Sequence record: SRR20825019_2807 | Length of the DNA: 43,375 nucleotides | Reading direction: 5' to 3' (one strand) | In this document: positions 16,335 to 25,249 of the stretch, piece after piece | Layout of the letters: each line of letters begins with the position of its first letter | How positions within the stretch are numbered: position 1 is the first letter of the stretch | Notes under the pieces: generated by a model | Seen by the model: only the letters and a program-made list of their open reading frames with translations | Told to the model about the DNA's origin: nothing | Database searches by the model: none | Program-made: the position numbers and the translations under genes

Positions 16335-16958
16335 TTACTTGATCGAGATCAACTCGACTTCGAAGATCAGGGTCGATCCGGCCGGGATCGGGCCCTGCGG
16401 CGAGTTGCCGTAGCCGAGATCAGCGGGGATGAAGAGCTTCCACTTTGAACCGACGGTCATGAGCTGGAGTCCTTCAACCCAACCCGGAATCACGCCCTTG
16501 ACGGGAAACGAAATCGTTTCACCGCGGCTCACCGAACTATCGAAGACCGTGCCATCAACCAAGGTGCCGTGGTAGTGAACCTCAACGGTCTGCTCGGCGG
16601 TCGGCTTGGCGCCGTCGCCTGCGGTCAGCACTTCGTATTGGAGACCGGACTCGGTCACGACCACGCCATCGCGCTTTTTGTTCTCTTCAAGAAAGGCCTG
16701 TCCGGCTTTGGTTTGTTCAGCGGAACCTTCCGCAGCCGCGGCCTCAACTTTTTCCTGAGCACTGGCGAAAGCAGCCTTCAGGTCCTCTTCGGAAACCTGT
16801 GGCTTCGCACCACTGAGCCCATCTTTTAAGCCCGCGAGAAACGCGTCCGTATCGATCTCGACGCCTCCCTGCCGGGTGATGTTGGCACCCATGTTCATGG
16901 CGATGCCGTAGCTGACGCGCTGATCGTTGGTTTCGAGGGAAAGTTCTGCGGAAGACAT
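16335..16958 (-). CDS. fklB: FKBP-type peptidyl-prolyl cis-trans isomerase (FklB/FkpA-like)
   Basis: FKBP_N 'VSYGIA', 'ESGLQYEVL', 'VHYHGTLVDGTVFDSS', 'VIPGWVEGLQLM', 'TLIFEVEL'; no signal peptide. Confidence 0.93.
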   Translation of the reverse strand: MSSAELSLETNDQRVSYGIAMNMGANITRQGGVEIDTDAFLAGLKDGLSGAKPQVSEEDLKAAFASAQEKVEAAAAEGSAEQTKAGQAFLEENKKRDGVVVTESGLQYEVLTAGDGAKPTAEQTVEVHYHGTLVDGTVFDSSVSRGETISFPVKGVIPGWVEGLQLMTVGSKWKLFIPADLGYGNSPQGPIPAGSTLIFEVELISIK

Positions 16959-17314
16959 AATTCGTATCTGTGATTTTTATGGTGATGGCACCGACTGAAA
17001 TGGCCGACACCGAAGAATGAACCGGCCACCCCATAGACCGTATCCGGAAAGCGCAACCCCGCAGACAGGAATCGCCAATCGCAGCGACTTTCCCATCTTC
17101 ACAAGATCCTCCACGTAATCCGCTTACTTCAATCGTGCCCCATTTGAGAAAGTCCCCGCCATCCGACTCGCCGCGGGTCTGAGCTCTGCAGAGCGCGCAT
17201 TGCAGGTCACGTGAGATTCGCATGCGCAGCCAAAGAGCGATTCGGGGATTGCCGCAAATCGCGCATAGCGCCATGCTTGCGTTCGTATTTCACAACCCCC
17301 TACCCCTATACTTG

Positions 17315-18385
17315 ATGCGCCGTATCCTGATTGCCATACTCACTCCACTGCTGGTTGCCAGTTCATCTGCGATCACCATCTCGATCGACTACACCTACGA
17401 TAGCACCGGCTTTTTTACGACCTACACGGATGCCCGCAGCGCGCTCGAACAGGCCGCCAGCGATATCGGCAGTGTGATCAACTCTTCACTCGGCGCGGTG
17501 ACCACCGATATGTATATGGGAACCAACGGCACCTCTACGGCCACAGCAGACTGGAGTTTGAGTTTCACCAATCCCACCTCCGGTGCAGCCGAATCTCTGA
17601 GCACTTTCTCCATCGCAGCCGATACCATCGTTCTCTATGCCGGTGCTCGTAACTTGACTGGGTCCACGCTCGGGGTCGGCGGACCGGGATCCGCCGCAAT
17701 CAGTGTTGAAGCGACTGCGTCTGAAGGAGAACTCACCGGGGCTGTCAATGCCATGCAGACCTTGTCCAACAATGCGATGAGCCGAGGCGGCGACGCGCCT
17801 ACTCTGGGCACGTTGGCCGGTGGTCTCACCATCGGGGGCACCACTGCCAATTACTCGCTCAATTACTCTCCCCTGATCGGAAATATCTGGTTCGATACCG
17901 ATACGGACAATAACAGCGTCACCGACGATTCCAGCACACTCAACGCGAGCTGGCACTTCGATCACACCATTGCAGTCGAGGGCGGGAAAAACGACTTCTA
18001 TTCCGTCGCCCTGCACGAAGTCCTCCACGGTATTGGAGTCGGCACTTCCGATACATGGGACAATCTTATCTCCGGTGGCACCAATTGGGATGGCACTGCC
18101 GCCTCGAATCTCAATGGCACCGGAATCGGCTTAATCGATAGCGGTGGCGGACACCTCGCCGAAGGTATTTTCAGCACCCGCTTAACCGACGATGGCAATC
18201 AGGAAGTCGTGATGGACCCCACGATTACGACTGGCACTCGCAAGCAACTAACGGCGCTTGATGTCGCGGTTTTGAGTGACCTTGGCTATTCCGTTTCTGC
18301 CGTGCCCGAGCCTGCAGAAACCGCCACTTTGTTTGGGGTTATCGCCTTGCTGACTCTCGGTTGCATGCGCCGCCGTCGCTGCTAA
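17315..18385 (+). CDS. PEP-CTERM-sorted zinc metalloprotease (metzincin-like)
   Basis: Signal peptide from ATG 17315; 'VALHEVLHGIG', distal His 'GGHL', Met-turn 'VMDP'; C-terminal VPEP + TM + RRRR. Confidence 0.88.
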   Translation: MRRILIAILTPLLVASSSAITISIDYTYDSTGFFTTYTDARSALEQAASDIGSVINSSLGAVTTDMYMGTNGTSTATADWSLSFTNPTSGAAESLSTFSIAADTIVLYAGARNLTGSTLGVGGPGSAAISVEATASEGELTGAVNAMQTLSNNAMSRGGDAPTLGTLAGGLTIGGTTANYSLNYSPLIGNIWFDTDTDNNSVTDDSSTLNASWHFDHTIAVEGGKNDFYSVALHEVLHGIGVGTSDTWDNLISGGTNWDGTAASNLNGTGIGLIDSGGGHLAEGIFSTRLTDDGNQEVVMDPTITTGTRKQLTALDVAVLSDLGYSVSAVPEPAETATLFGVIALLTLGCMRRRRC

Positions 18386-18421
18386 ACCGCAAAGCAAACA
18401 CTCCTGATCGGGCCTCAATTT

Positions 18422-21400
18422 ATGGAACCCCGCATCAGTAGCGTCAGCCAACCCCGGCGGCTTCAATTTGAGACGCCCCTCAATCGAGACTTAACGATTC
18501 TGATCGCCGTCCCGCGTTCCGCGCACGGACAACAAGCGGCGCGAGCCATTCGCGAGACGCTCGAAACAAAAGGGGCGACAGTGGAATGCCATGACGATCC
18601 CGATGGCGCGTGGCTGCGTAACACGGAATCCCCCGTTATCGTCGTCGGTAATCTCGCCGACAGCCACTGCGTCAAAGAACTGTATTATCATTCCCTGTGC
18701 GCAACGGATTTGTGGTATCCCGGCCCGAACGGGCACGAATTGCGCACGCTCTGTGATCCGTTGGGCACGGGGCACAATCTCATTCAGGCCGGCTACAGCG
18801 ATGCGGCCGGGGCCGCCGAGGTCGCGCGAGTTTTCGAAACCAAGTTGAGCGGTGCGGCCATTCCTCATCTGCAGGAGTTGAACATCACGCAGTTGCCCAT
18901 GCCGGAAGCGGATGTCGCGAGATACCGGGCGGCCCAACTCCCCGCGACCGCGGCGGAACTCGTCAACACGATGGAGTGGGACAACGTCGGCTACCTCTAC
19001 TATCTGACGGGCGAACCCGCGTTGGGAGAAACCTACCGCCGTGTTTGGCAGGCAATTCTGACCTGCGGTTTCGAGCGCACCGAAATCATCGTGCAGAGTC
19101 ATCTCTTCAGCTTGTGGCGTTTCCTGCCATGGCAGCTGGTCGAGCACACCGGGTTGTTCAATGACGAAGAACGCCTCGCGATCACGAACTACATTTACGG
19201 TTGGGCGCAGAGTAGCGAGGGCTGGCCGCACGTGGCAAACTGTCCCCGCACCCAACGTCCGCACAATCCGCGCCAAAATCACGAATTGATTCCGGCGATG
19301 GCGTTGATGCACGTGGCGGATTATTATGAGGCGCATTTTCCCGAACTGCCCGGCCCCGACCAATGGCGCGACGCCGGCCGCATGGGATTCAACCCCTACG
19401 GTTCTTCGTGGAAACCATTGTGCGACGGCCTGTGCCACGGAATCACGATGTCGATGCCCCTCATGTTCACCTATGGGTTGATCGACCCTGAACACCGCTT
19501 CTTCACCGAGGGCGGCGCGCGACAGGCTGCCGACTACGCCCTCGCGGTTACCAACAACGACGGCTGGATCCCCTCCGCCGGAGACAGCGGGGTGACCCGC
19601 CAATTTCCCGGACCGATCCTCCGCATCGCCGCGGATTTCTTAGGCGACGGTCGCTCTAAATTTGTGCACGACCGCGTGCCGACTGACCGCCGATTCGGAT
19701 GGCAACCGATGTTACCCCGTGCGTTTGACAGTGGCGTGAAACCGCAAATCCCCAACGATCAGATCGGCATCACAGTGATCCCCATCGATCCCTTGGTTTA
19801 TCACATCTGGGAGCGCGAACCCGAACTGGCCAGCGATGCCGTCACCTCGCCGCCGAGCGCACCGATCGAACAATGTTTCGACAAGATCGCGGTGCGCACC
19901 GGCTGGGATTTGGCGGATGACTATCTGCTGATCGACGGGCTCGGAGGCGGCAGCCATTCCTACGACGATGCGGGTGGCATCATCGAATACGCACGCCACG
20001 GCGTGTCCGTCATCGTGCAGGAAGACAGTCTGATCCACACCGCGCCGGAGCATCACTCACTGGTCACCATCGTCCGCGATGGCGAAAGCGGCGTCATCCC
20101 CGGTTTCGCGATTCTGGAAGAACAACAAATCGATGCTAAGGGCACTGTTTATCTGCGGATTAGATCCCGGGATTACGCCGGAGCGGACTGGGTGCGCGAG
20201 GTGCATCTCGTCCCCGGCCAGTGCGCCGTGTTTATCGATACGGTCACGGCTAATCTCGCGGGAGACTACGCGATCGAGGCGCATTTCCGCACGCCCACCC
20301 GCCTCGCGCTCACCGCAGATGGGGCGAGTGGTTCACGCAGAACCGCGGCAGGCGACGAAGTGGAGATCCGATTCGTAAGTTCCATACGCGAATCCCAACT
20401 CAGCCTAACCGACTTGCCGATGGAACTGCGTTTCCCGCTGCCGGACGATCAGGCCCTTTGGTGCGAGCGTTACCATACTGAAGAGGTCGTGCTGCAATCC
20501 TTCGAGGCGCGCGAAACCGCCAACCTTCAACCCGGCGAATCCGTTCGCCTCGTCCATTTGGCCCAGGTGCGCACTCGCGACGAATCATCTCTCCAACTCG
20601 CACAAGACGGAGCCGAAATTTATCTCGTCGAAGAAAACACCCGCCGACGGCTCAAGACGTTTGCGATCACCTGCCCCGCCTCTCAAAACGCGCAAACCGA
20701 TCACCTCAAAGAAGCGAAAGATATCGCACTGTTTCACAACGCCAACGCGGAGATCAGCGCGCTGCAAGTGCACACGAACGGATCGCTTGCGATCGGCACG
20801 CACAGCGGAATTCTCAGTTACCTGAGCAGCAATGGTCACGAAAACTGGAGCACCGCACTGGAAGGTCCCATCCACGATATCGGTGTCGCACCCAGCGATT
20901 CGCCGCTGATCGTAGCCGGACACGGTCGCGCCGCGCTGACCGCGTTTAACGAAACCGGCGGGCAACTCTGGTCGAGTGTTATCACCCGAATACCCTCACC
21001 ATGGCCTTGGTGGGAACTGACCACTCCCGCGCCAATTCAAGTGGCCGGAGGCGTGAAAAACGGCGAAGCGTTTTTCGCCGTGGGTTGCGGCGATATTCAG
21101 TTGCGCGGATTCGACCATGATGGAAAAGAGCAATGGCAATGGCGCTACAACGAAGGCGTGCCCGGTCGCGTGGCGATTGCCGATGTCGATGGCTCGGGCG
21201 AATCCCGCATCGTGGTCGGCGGCGAAATTTTGAGCGATCAAGCGACTTGCCGCATTCTCGAACCCGACGGTAAACAAATCGCCGAACTGGAAGTCGAAGG
21301 CTGGACCAGCCTGCTGACCGCACTCGCATTTGGAAACGACGGTTCACGACACTTCATTGGTTGCGGTGCCAATCGCGGCAACAATCTCCATCTCTACGAA

Positions 21401-21766
21401 ATTGTGCACGGCCAGTGGACCCAGCGCTGGCTGAAACGACTCGGCGGGCAAGTTACCGGCATCGCCATCTTCGCCGAAGCCAACCGCGTCATCATCGCGA
21501 CCAGCCAGGGGTTCCTGCTCGGTTGTGATCTGGAAGGCTCCATCCACTGGCACCTCCTCTTTCCGAACAGCCTGCAATATCTCGAACGCAAAGAAAACTG
21601 CGTGCTCGCCGTGGATCAGACCGGCGTGGTGCGAGTGGTCACTCTGTCCGGCCTAATCGAAAATCAACTGACGCTGCCCGGACCCTGCTCAAGCGTTGCC
21701 GCTCATCCGCAGGGAATCTATTTTGTGTGCGGATCGGAAATCCGACATTATCCGTTCCTCCAATAA
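18422..21766 (+). CDS. 1114-aa multidomain protein: lyase/heparinase II/III-like core plus C-terminal PQQ/WD40-like beta-propeller
   Basis: 'RQNHE' in a helical region, 'GGGSHSYDDAG..EY', 'HHSLVTI', 'WVREV'; C-terminal repeats 'G...W' (GHENW, GGQLW, GKEQW, GSIHW). Confidence 0.6.
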   Translation: MEPRISSVSQPRRLQFETPLNRDLTILIAVPRSAHGQQAARAIRETLETKGATVECHDDPDGAWLRNTESPVIVVGNLADSHCVKELYYHSLCATDLWYPGPNGHELRTLCDPLGTGHNLIQAGYSDAAGAAEVARVFETKLSGAAIPHLQELNITQLPMPEADVARYRAAQLPATAAELVNTMEWDNVGYLYYLTGEPALGETYRRVWQAILTCGFERTEIIVQSHLFSLWRFLPWQLVEHTGLFNDEERLAITNYIYGWAQSSEGWPHVANCPRTQRPHNPRQNHELIPAMALMHVADYYEAHFPELPGPDQWRDAGRMGFNPYGSSWKPLCDGLCHGITMSMPLMFTYGLIDPEHRFFTEGGARQAADYALAVTNNDGWIPSAGDSGVTRQFPGPILRIAADFLGDGRSKFVHDRVPTDRRFGWQPMLPRAFDSGVKPQIPNDQIGITVIPIDPLVYHIWEREPELASDAVTSPPSAPIEQCFDKIAVRTGWDLADDYLLIDGLGGGSHSYDDAGGIIEYARHGVSVIVQEDSLIHTAPEHHSLVTIVRDGESGVIPGFAILEEQQIDAKGTVYLRIRSRDYAGADWVREVHLVPGQCAVFIDTVTANLAGDYAIEAHFRTPTRLALTADGASGSRRTAAGDEVEIRFVSSIRESQLSLTDLPMELRFPLPDDQALWCERYHTEEVVLQSFEARETANLQPGESVRLVHLAQVRTRDESSLQLAQDGAEIYLVEENTRRRLKTFAITCPASQNAQTDHLKEAKDIALFHNANAEISALQVHTNGSLAIGTHSGILSYLSSNGHENWSTALEGPIHDIGVAPSDSPLIVAGHGRAALTAFNETGGQLWSSVITRIPSPWPWWELTTPAPIQVAGGVKNGEAFFAVGCGDIQLRGFDHDGKEQWQWRYNEGVPGRVAIADVDGSGESRIVVGGEILSDQATCRILEPDGKQIAELEVEGWTSLLTALAFGNDGSRHFIGCGANRGNNLHLYEIVHGQWTQRWLKRLGGQVTGIAIFAEANRVIIATSQGFLLGCDLEGSIHWHLLFPNSLQYLERKENCVLAVDQTGVVRVVTLSGLIENQLTLPGPCSSVAAHPQGIYFVCGSEIRHYPFLQ

Positions 21767-21787
21767 CGTCATGGAACCCCGCATCAG
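18422..21787 (+). repeat. 17-bp direct repeats ATGGAACCCCGCATCAG bracketing the 1114-aa gene
   Basis: Identical at 18422-18438 and 21771-21787; both begin ORFs starting MEPRIS. Confidence 0.9.
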
Positions 21788-22199
21788 CATCATCACCCTC
21801 GGCGTCGCCGATCTGCCACGTGCGATCCGCTTTTATCGCGACGGACTCGGTCTGCCCACGACAGTAAAGGACGGCGATTCGATCGCCTTTTTCGAAACCA
21901 CCGGCACTCGTATCGCACTTTACCCGTTGGACAAACTGGCGGAGGATATCGGTCCTGATACGAAAGCGATCAAATCGGCAGGGTTCAACGGCATCACCCT
22001 CGCTCACAATGTGCATTCCAAAGAGGAAGTCACCGCCTTGCTCGCACTCGCCGAACAGGCCGGCGCGACCATCGTAAAACCCGCTCAGGATGTTTTCTGG
22101 GGTGGGCATAGCGGCTACTTCACCGATCCCGATGGCTATCATTGGGAAATCGCTTGGGCTCCCGATGGAGACGGCGACAACACCGACGCGTCCCTCTGA
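21771..22199 (+). CDS. VOC/glyoxalase family protein
   Basis: 'ISIITLGVADLPRAIRFY', 'KPAQDVFWGGHSGYFTDPDGYHWEIA'; ATG at 21771. Confidence 0.92.
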   Translation: MEPRISIITLGVADLPRAIRFYRDGLGLPTTVKDGDSIAFFETTGTRIALYPLDKLAEDIGPDTKAIKSAGFNGITLAHNVHSKEEVTALLALAEQAGATIVKPAQDVFWGGHSGYFTDPDGYHWEIAWAPDGDGDNTDASL

Positions 22200-22212
22200 T
22201 CCCATTGCTCGC

Positions 22213-22578
22213 ATGTCCCCGATTCTCCAAAACCACTACGTGCTCGCCGTTCCCGAGACGCGTCGATCAGCGGACTACTACGTTGAGATGCTCGGGTTCA
22301 AAATCGTCGCGGAGCATCCCGGCTGGATCTTTGTGCAGAAAGATAACTGCCTGATCATGCTCGGGGAATGCCCTGAGGATCAGCCCGCCAACGAGCTCGG
22401 GAGCCATAGTTATTTTGCCTATCTGCGAGTCGCCGATGCGGATAGTTATTACAACAGTCTTGAAGCCAAGTCGGCCGACCTTCTTTCTAAAATTGAAGAT
22501 AAGCCCTGGCGGATGCGTGAGTTCGCCCTTCGCACGATTGACGGCCATCGCCTGATGATCGGTCACGCTCTTCCTTAA
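22213..22578 (+). CDS. VOC/bleomycin-resistance-like protein
   Basis: 'YYVEMLGF', 'KPWRMREFALRTIDGHRL'; ATG at 22213. Confidence 0.85.
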   Translation: MSPILQNHYVLAVPETRRSADYYVEMLGFKIVAEHPGWIFVQKDNCLIMLGECPEDQPANELGSHSYFAYLRVADADSYYNSLEAKSADLLSKIEDKPWRMREFALRTIDGHRLMIGHALP

Positions 22579-22597
22579 AACCTAACCCCTACACTTT

Positions 22598-22984
22598 ATG
22601 AAAATCGAACACATCGCTTATAACGTCTCTGATCCCGTCGCCGTCGCCGCTTGGTATGTTGAGCATCTCGGCCTCAAAATCGTCCGCATCGTCGATGTGC
22701 CCGCGAAGACCCATTTCCTCGCCGACGATCAGGCCACCGCGATTGAGATCTACTGCAATCCCGTGGATCAAGTGCCCAAATACGCCGAGATGGATCCATT
22801 GATCCTCCACATCGCCTTTGCCAGCGAAGATCCCGCGGCTGATGCCACACGACTGATCGCCGCCGGGGCGACCGCTTACAGTGACACTCATTTCCCCGAT
22901 GGCACCCATCTCATGATGCTGCGTGATCCGTGGGGCTTTGCCCTCCAACTCTGCAAACGCGGCACCCCACTGCTACCCGGTTAA
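22598..22984 (+). CDS. VOC/glyoxalase family protein
   Basis: 'IEHIAYNV.DP', 'LHIAF', 'LRDPWGFALQL'. Confidence 0.88.
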   Translation: MKIEHIAYNVSDPVAVAAWYVEHLGLKIVRIVDVPAKTHFLADDQATAIEIYCNPVDQVPKYAEMDPLILHIAFASEDPAADATRLIAAGATAYSDTHFPDGTHLMMLRDPWGFALQLCKRGTPLLPG

Positions 22985-23055
22985 TCGGGATCTGCCCCCG
23001 CCCGATTCCCGCACTCGCCATCTGCCCTTCTGTGCGGTAACCCTCGTCATCCACC

Positions 23056-24270
23056 ATGCCGAATCCGCCCTCCCAACCTCTGCGCATTCTGCGGGTCGTG
23101 CATACCCTGCGGCGTGAATCGGGGGGACCATCGGAATCGATTCTGCGATCGACCGAGGCCTTGCTGAAATTGGGGCATCACATCGAGGTCGTCACGTCGG
23201 ACGAACCGACCTTCGCTTCCCCGCTTCCCTCCAACGCAGGATTTCACCCGTTGGGCAGCCGCGAAGCCGCCACGTTGGGAGTTTGGCTGCGAGAAAACCA
23301 TCAACGCTTCGATGCCGTGCTGGTGCACGGCCTTTGGCAAACCGGCTGGATTGTCCGGCAATCTCTGAGAGGCACCACCACGCCTTACTTCGTGTTTCCG
23401 CATGGCATGCTCGATCCGCAAATCCGGCGCGCGTATCCGATCAAGCATCTTAAGAAACAACTCTACTGGTGGTTTCGTGAGCGCCACGTGCTGCGCGATG
23501 CTGTCGCCGTCTGCTTCACTTGTGAAGAAGAACGGCGGCTCGCGCAGAAAACTTTCTTTCCATACCAAGTCCGCGAAAAGGTCGTCGCTTACGGCACCGC
23601 CGGTCCGCCCGCCGACAGCGGCCAACAACACGAGGCACTGATTACCCGGTTCCCCGCGTTGGCGAATCGGAACTACCTCCTTTTCCTCAGTCGAATACAC
23701 GACAAGAAGGGCTTGAATGAACTCATTCCTGCTTACGCGAAATTCAGTCGCGCCCATCCCACAACTCCTGCCCTCGTGATCGCCGGTCCCTGCCCCGACG
23801 AAGCCTACGCCGCCCGGCTTCGACAGTTCGCTGACTCTGCCGGTTTACCTCAGCTCGATCTCGTTACCGATCCGGCCGCCGAATCGCCCGACGCCAAACT
23901 CATCTGGCTCCCTATGCTCGCAGACGATCTCAAATGGGGCGCATTCCATTCCTGCGACGCGTTCATCCTCCCGTCCCATCAGGAAAATTTCGGCATCGCC
24001 GTCGCCGAAGCGCTGTCCTGCGGCACGCCTGTTCTCATCAGCGATAAAGTGAACATCTGGCGCGAGATCTCCGGAGATGGTGCCGGCTTGGTCGAACCCG
24101 ATACCGAAGCGGGCATCACCCAACTCCTCACTCGTTGGCAACAACTCGAATTGACCGCCCGCGCGAGCATGAGCGACGCCGCCCAACTCAGTTTCGCTCA
24201 GCGCTTCGAGATCACCCACGCCGCGCGCTCTCTCGCGTCGGTCATCCGCAACAGCTTATCCGGCAAATAG
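23056..24270 (+). CDS. GT4 family glycosyltransferase
   Basis: 'GGPS', 'PHGML', 'FLSRIHDKKG', 'PSHQENFGIAVAEALSCGTPV' (E-x7-E). Confidence 0.92.
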   Translation: MPNPPSQPLRILRVVHTLRRESGGPSESILRSTEALLKLGHHIEVVTSDEPTFASPLPSNAGFHPLGSREAATLGVWLRENHQRFDAVLVHGLWQTGWIVRQSLRGTTTPYFVFPHGMLDPQIRRAYPIKHLKKQLYWWFRERHVLRDAVAVCFTCEEERRLAQKTFFPYQVREKVVAYGTAGPPADSGQQHEALITRFPALANRNYLLFLSRIHDKKGLNELIPAYAKFSRAHPTTPALVIAGPCPDEAYAARLRQFADSAGLPQLDLVTDPAAESPDAKLIWLPMLADDLKWGAFHSCDAFILPSHQENFGIAVAEALSCGTPVLISDKVNIWREISGDGAGLVEPDTEAGITQLLTRWQQLELTARASMSDAAQLSFAQRFEITHAARSLASVIRNSLSGK

Positions 24271-24301
24271 CTTTCTCACCGAATAGGCTACTGATTCGGG
24301 C

Positions 24302-25117
24302 TCAGATCGCCATGCCCCCGGGACCGCTCGTGTCTTTTATATCCCCCAGCTTTGTGCGCAGCTCGCCCACTTGGGCGGTTAACAGAGCCTGCATTGCCGC
24401 GACATCCGCGCTTTGCAGAAACAGATTCAACCCGTCCTCCTGAGCCCAGGAAACGGCTTGATCCAGATTCGTCCCTGTTTGGATTCCCGCGGCCACCCCA
24501 TGTTGACGCGCCTTCCGGAAAATCTCGCGCGCCGCCGCATCAAAGATCGGCGAATCATATTCTTCAGGAATGTCCAAGCTGCAGGATAAGTCGTGCGGCC
24601 CGATCAACACCCCGTCCAAACCTTCCACCGACAGGATCGCATCCAGATTATCCAGAGCCGGACGGCTTTCGATGTTGATGATCAAAATGTTTTCACCGGC
24701 AGTGCGTTGCAGATAGTTCGCGAGCTTCGGATCCGCCGCTTCGCCATCCAACATGCGTTGGAGACGCTGCCCTTTAATCGGCCGCAGTTTGACCGCTCCA
24801 TGCAACGCCTTCACCTGCTCCACGGTTTCGACATACGGGACCATCACCCCGGCCGCACCCGCATCAATCGCCACACTCGCCAGATAAGGATCGGGTGAAG
24901 TAATTCGCACGATCGGCGGCAGATCCATGGCTGCGTAGGCTTTGCACATCCACGACATTTGCTTCCGATCCAGCGCGATATGCTCGGTATCGATAAACAC
25001 GTAATCCAGACCAATCGTCTGAACATAACTCGCCCAATGCGGGGCATCAGAGGAAACGAGAGTGCCGTAAACACGACGGCCGGAGCGCAACGCGGCGCGG
25101 AGTTCTTTTTGGGTCAT
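24302..25117 (-). CDS. HpcH/HpaI aldolase/citrate lyase family protein
   Basis: 'DYVFIDTEH', 'DAGAAGVMVPYVET', 'NIES', 'IGPHDLSCSL'. Confidence 0.9.
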   Translation of the reverse strand: MTQKELRAALRSGRRVYGTLVSSDAPHWASYVQTIGLDYVFIDTEHIALDRKQMSWMCKAYAAMDLPPIVRITSPDPYLASVAIDAGAAGVMVPYVETVEQVKALHGAVKLRPIKGQRLQRMLDGEAADPKLANYLQRTAGENILIINIESRPALDNLDAILSVEGLDGVLIGPHDLSCSLDIPEEYDSPIFDAAAREIFRKARQHGVAAGIQTGTNLDQAVSWAQEDGLNLFLQSADVAAMQALLTAQVGELRTKLGDIKDTSGPGGMAI

Positions 25118-25249
25118 AAATTTTAGAGAATGAGATTAACCGACAAACGAAACCGTCAAAGTGCGCTTACATTTACCGCACGACCATCCTGATCAATCAG
25201 GCATTTTTGGTAAGCATTCCAAACCATAAGAGATCAGAACCAAATTTCG

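Noticed and set aside
25158-25222. LacI-type operators upstream of the aldolase (GTGCGCTTACAT, TGGTAAGCATTCCA)
   Set aside because: Only partial symmetry and no LacI regulator in the window; too weak to call.
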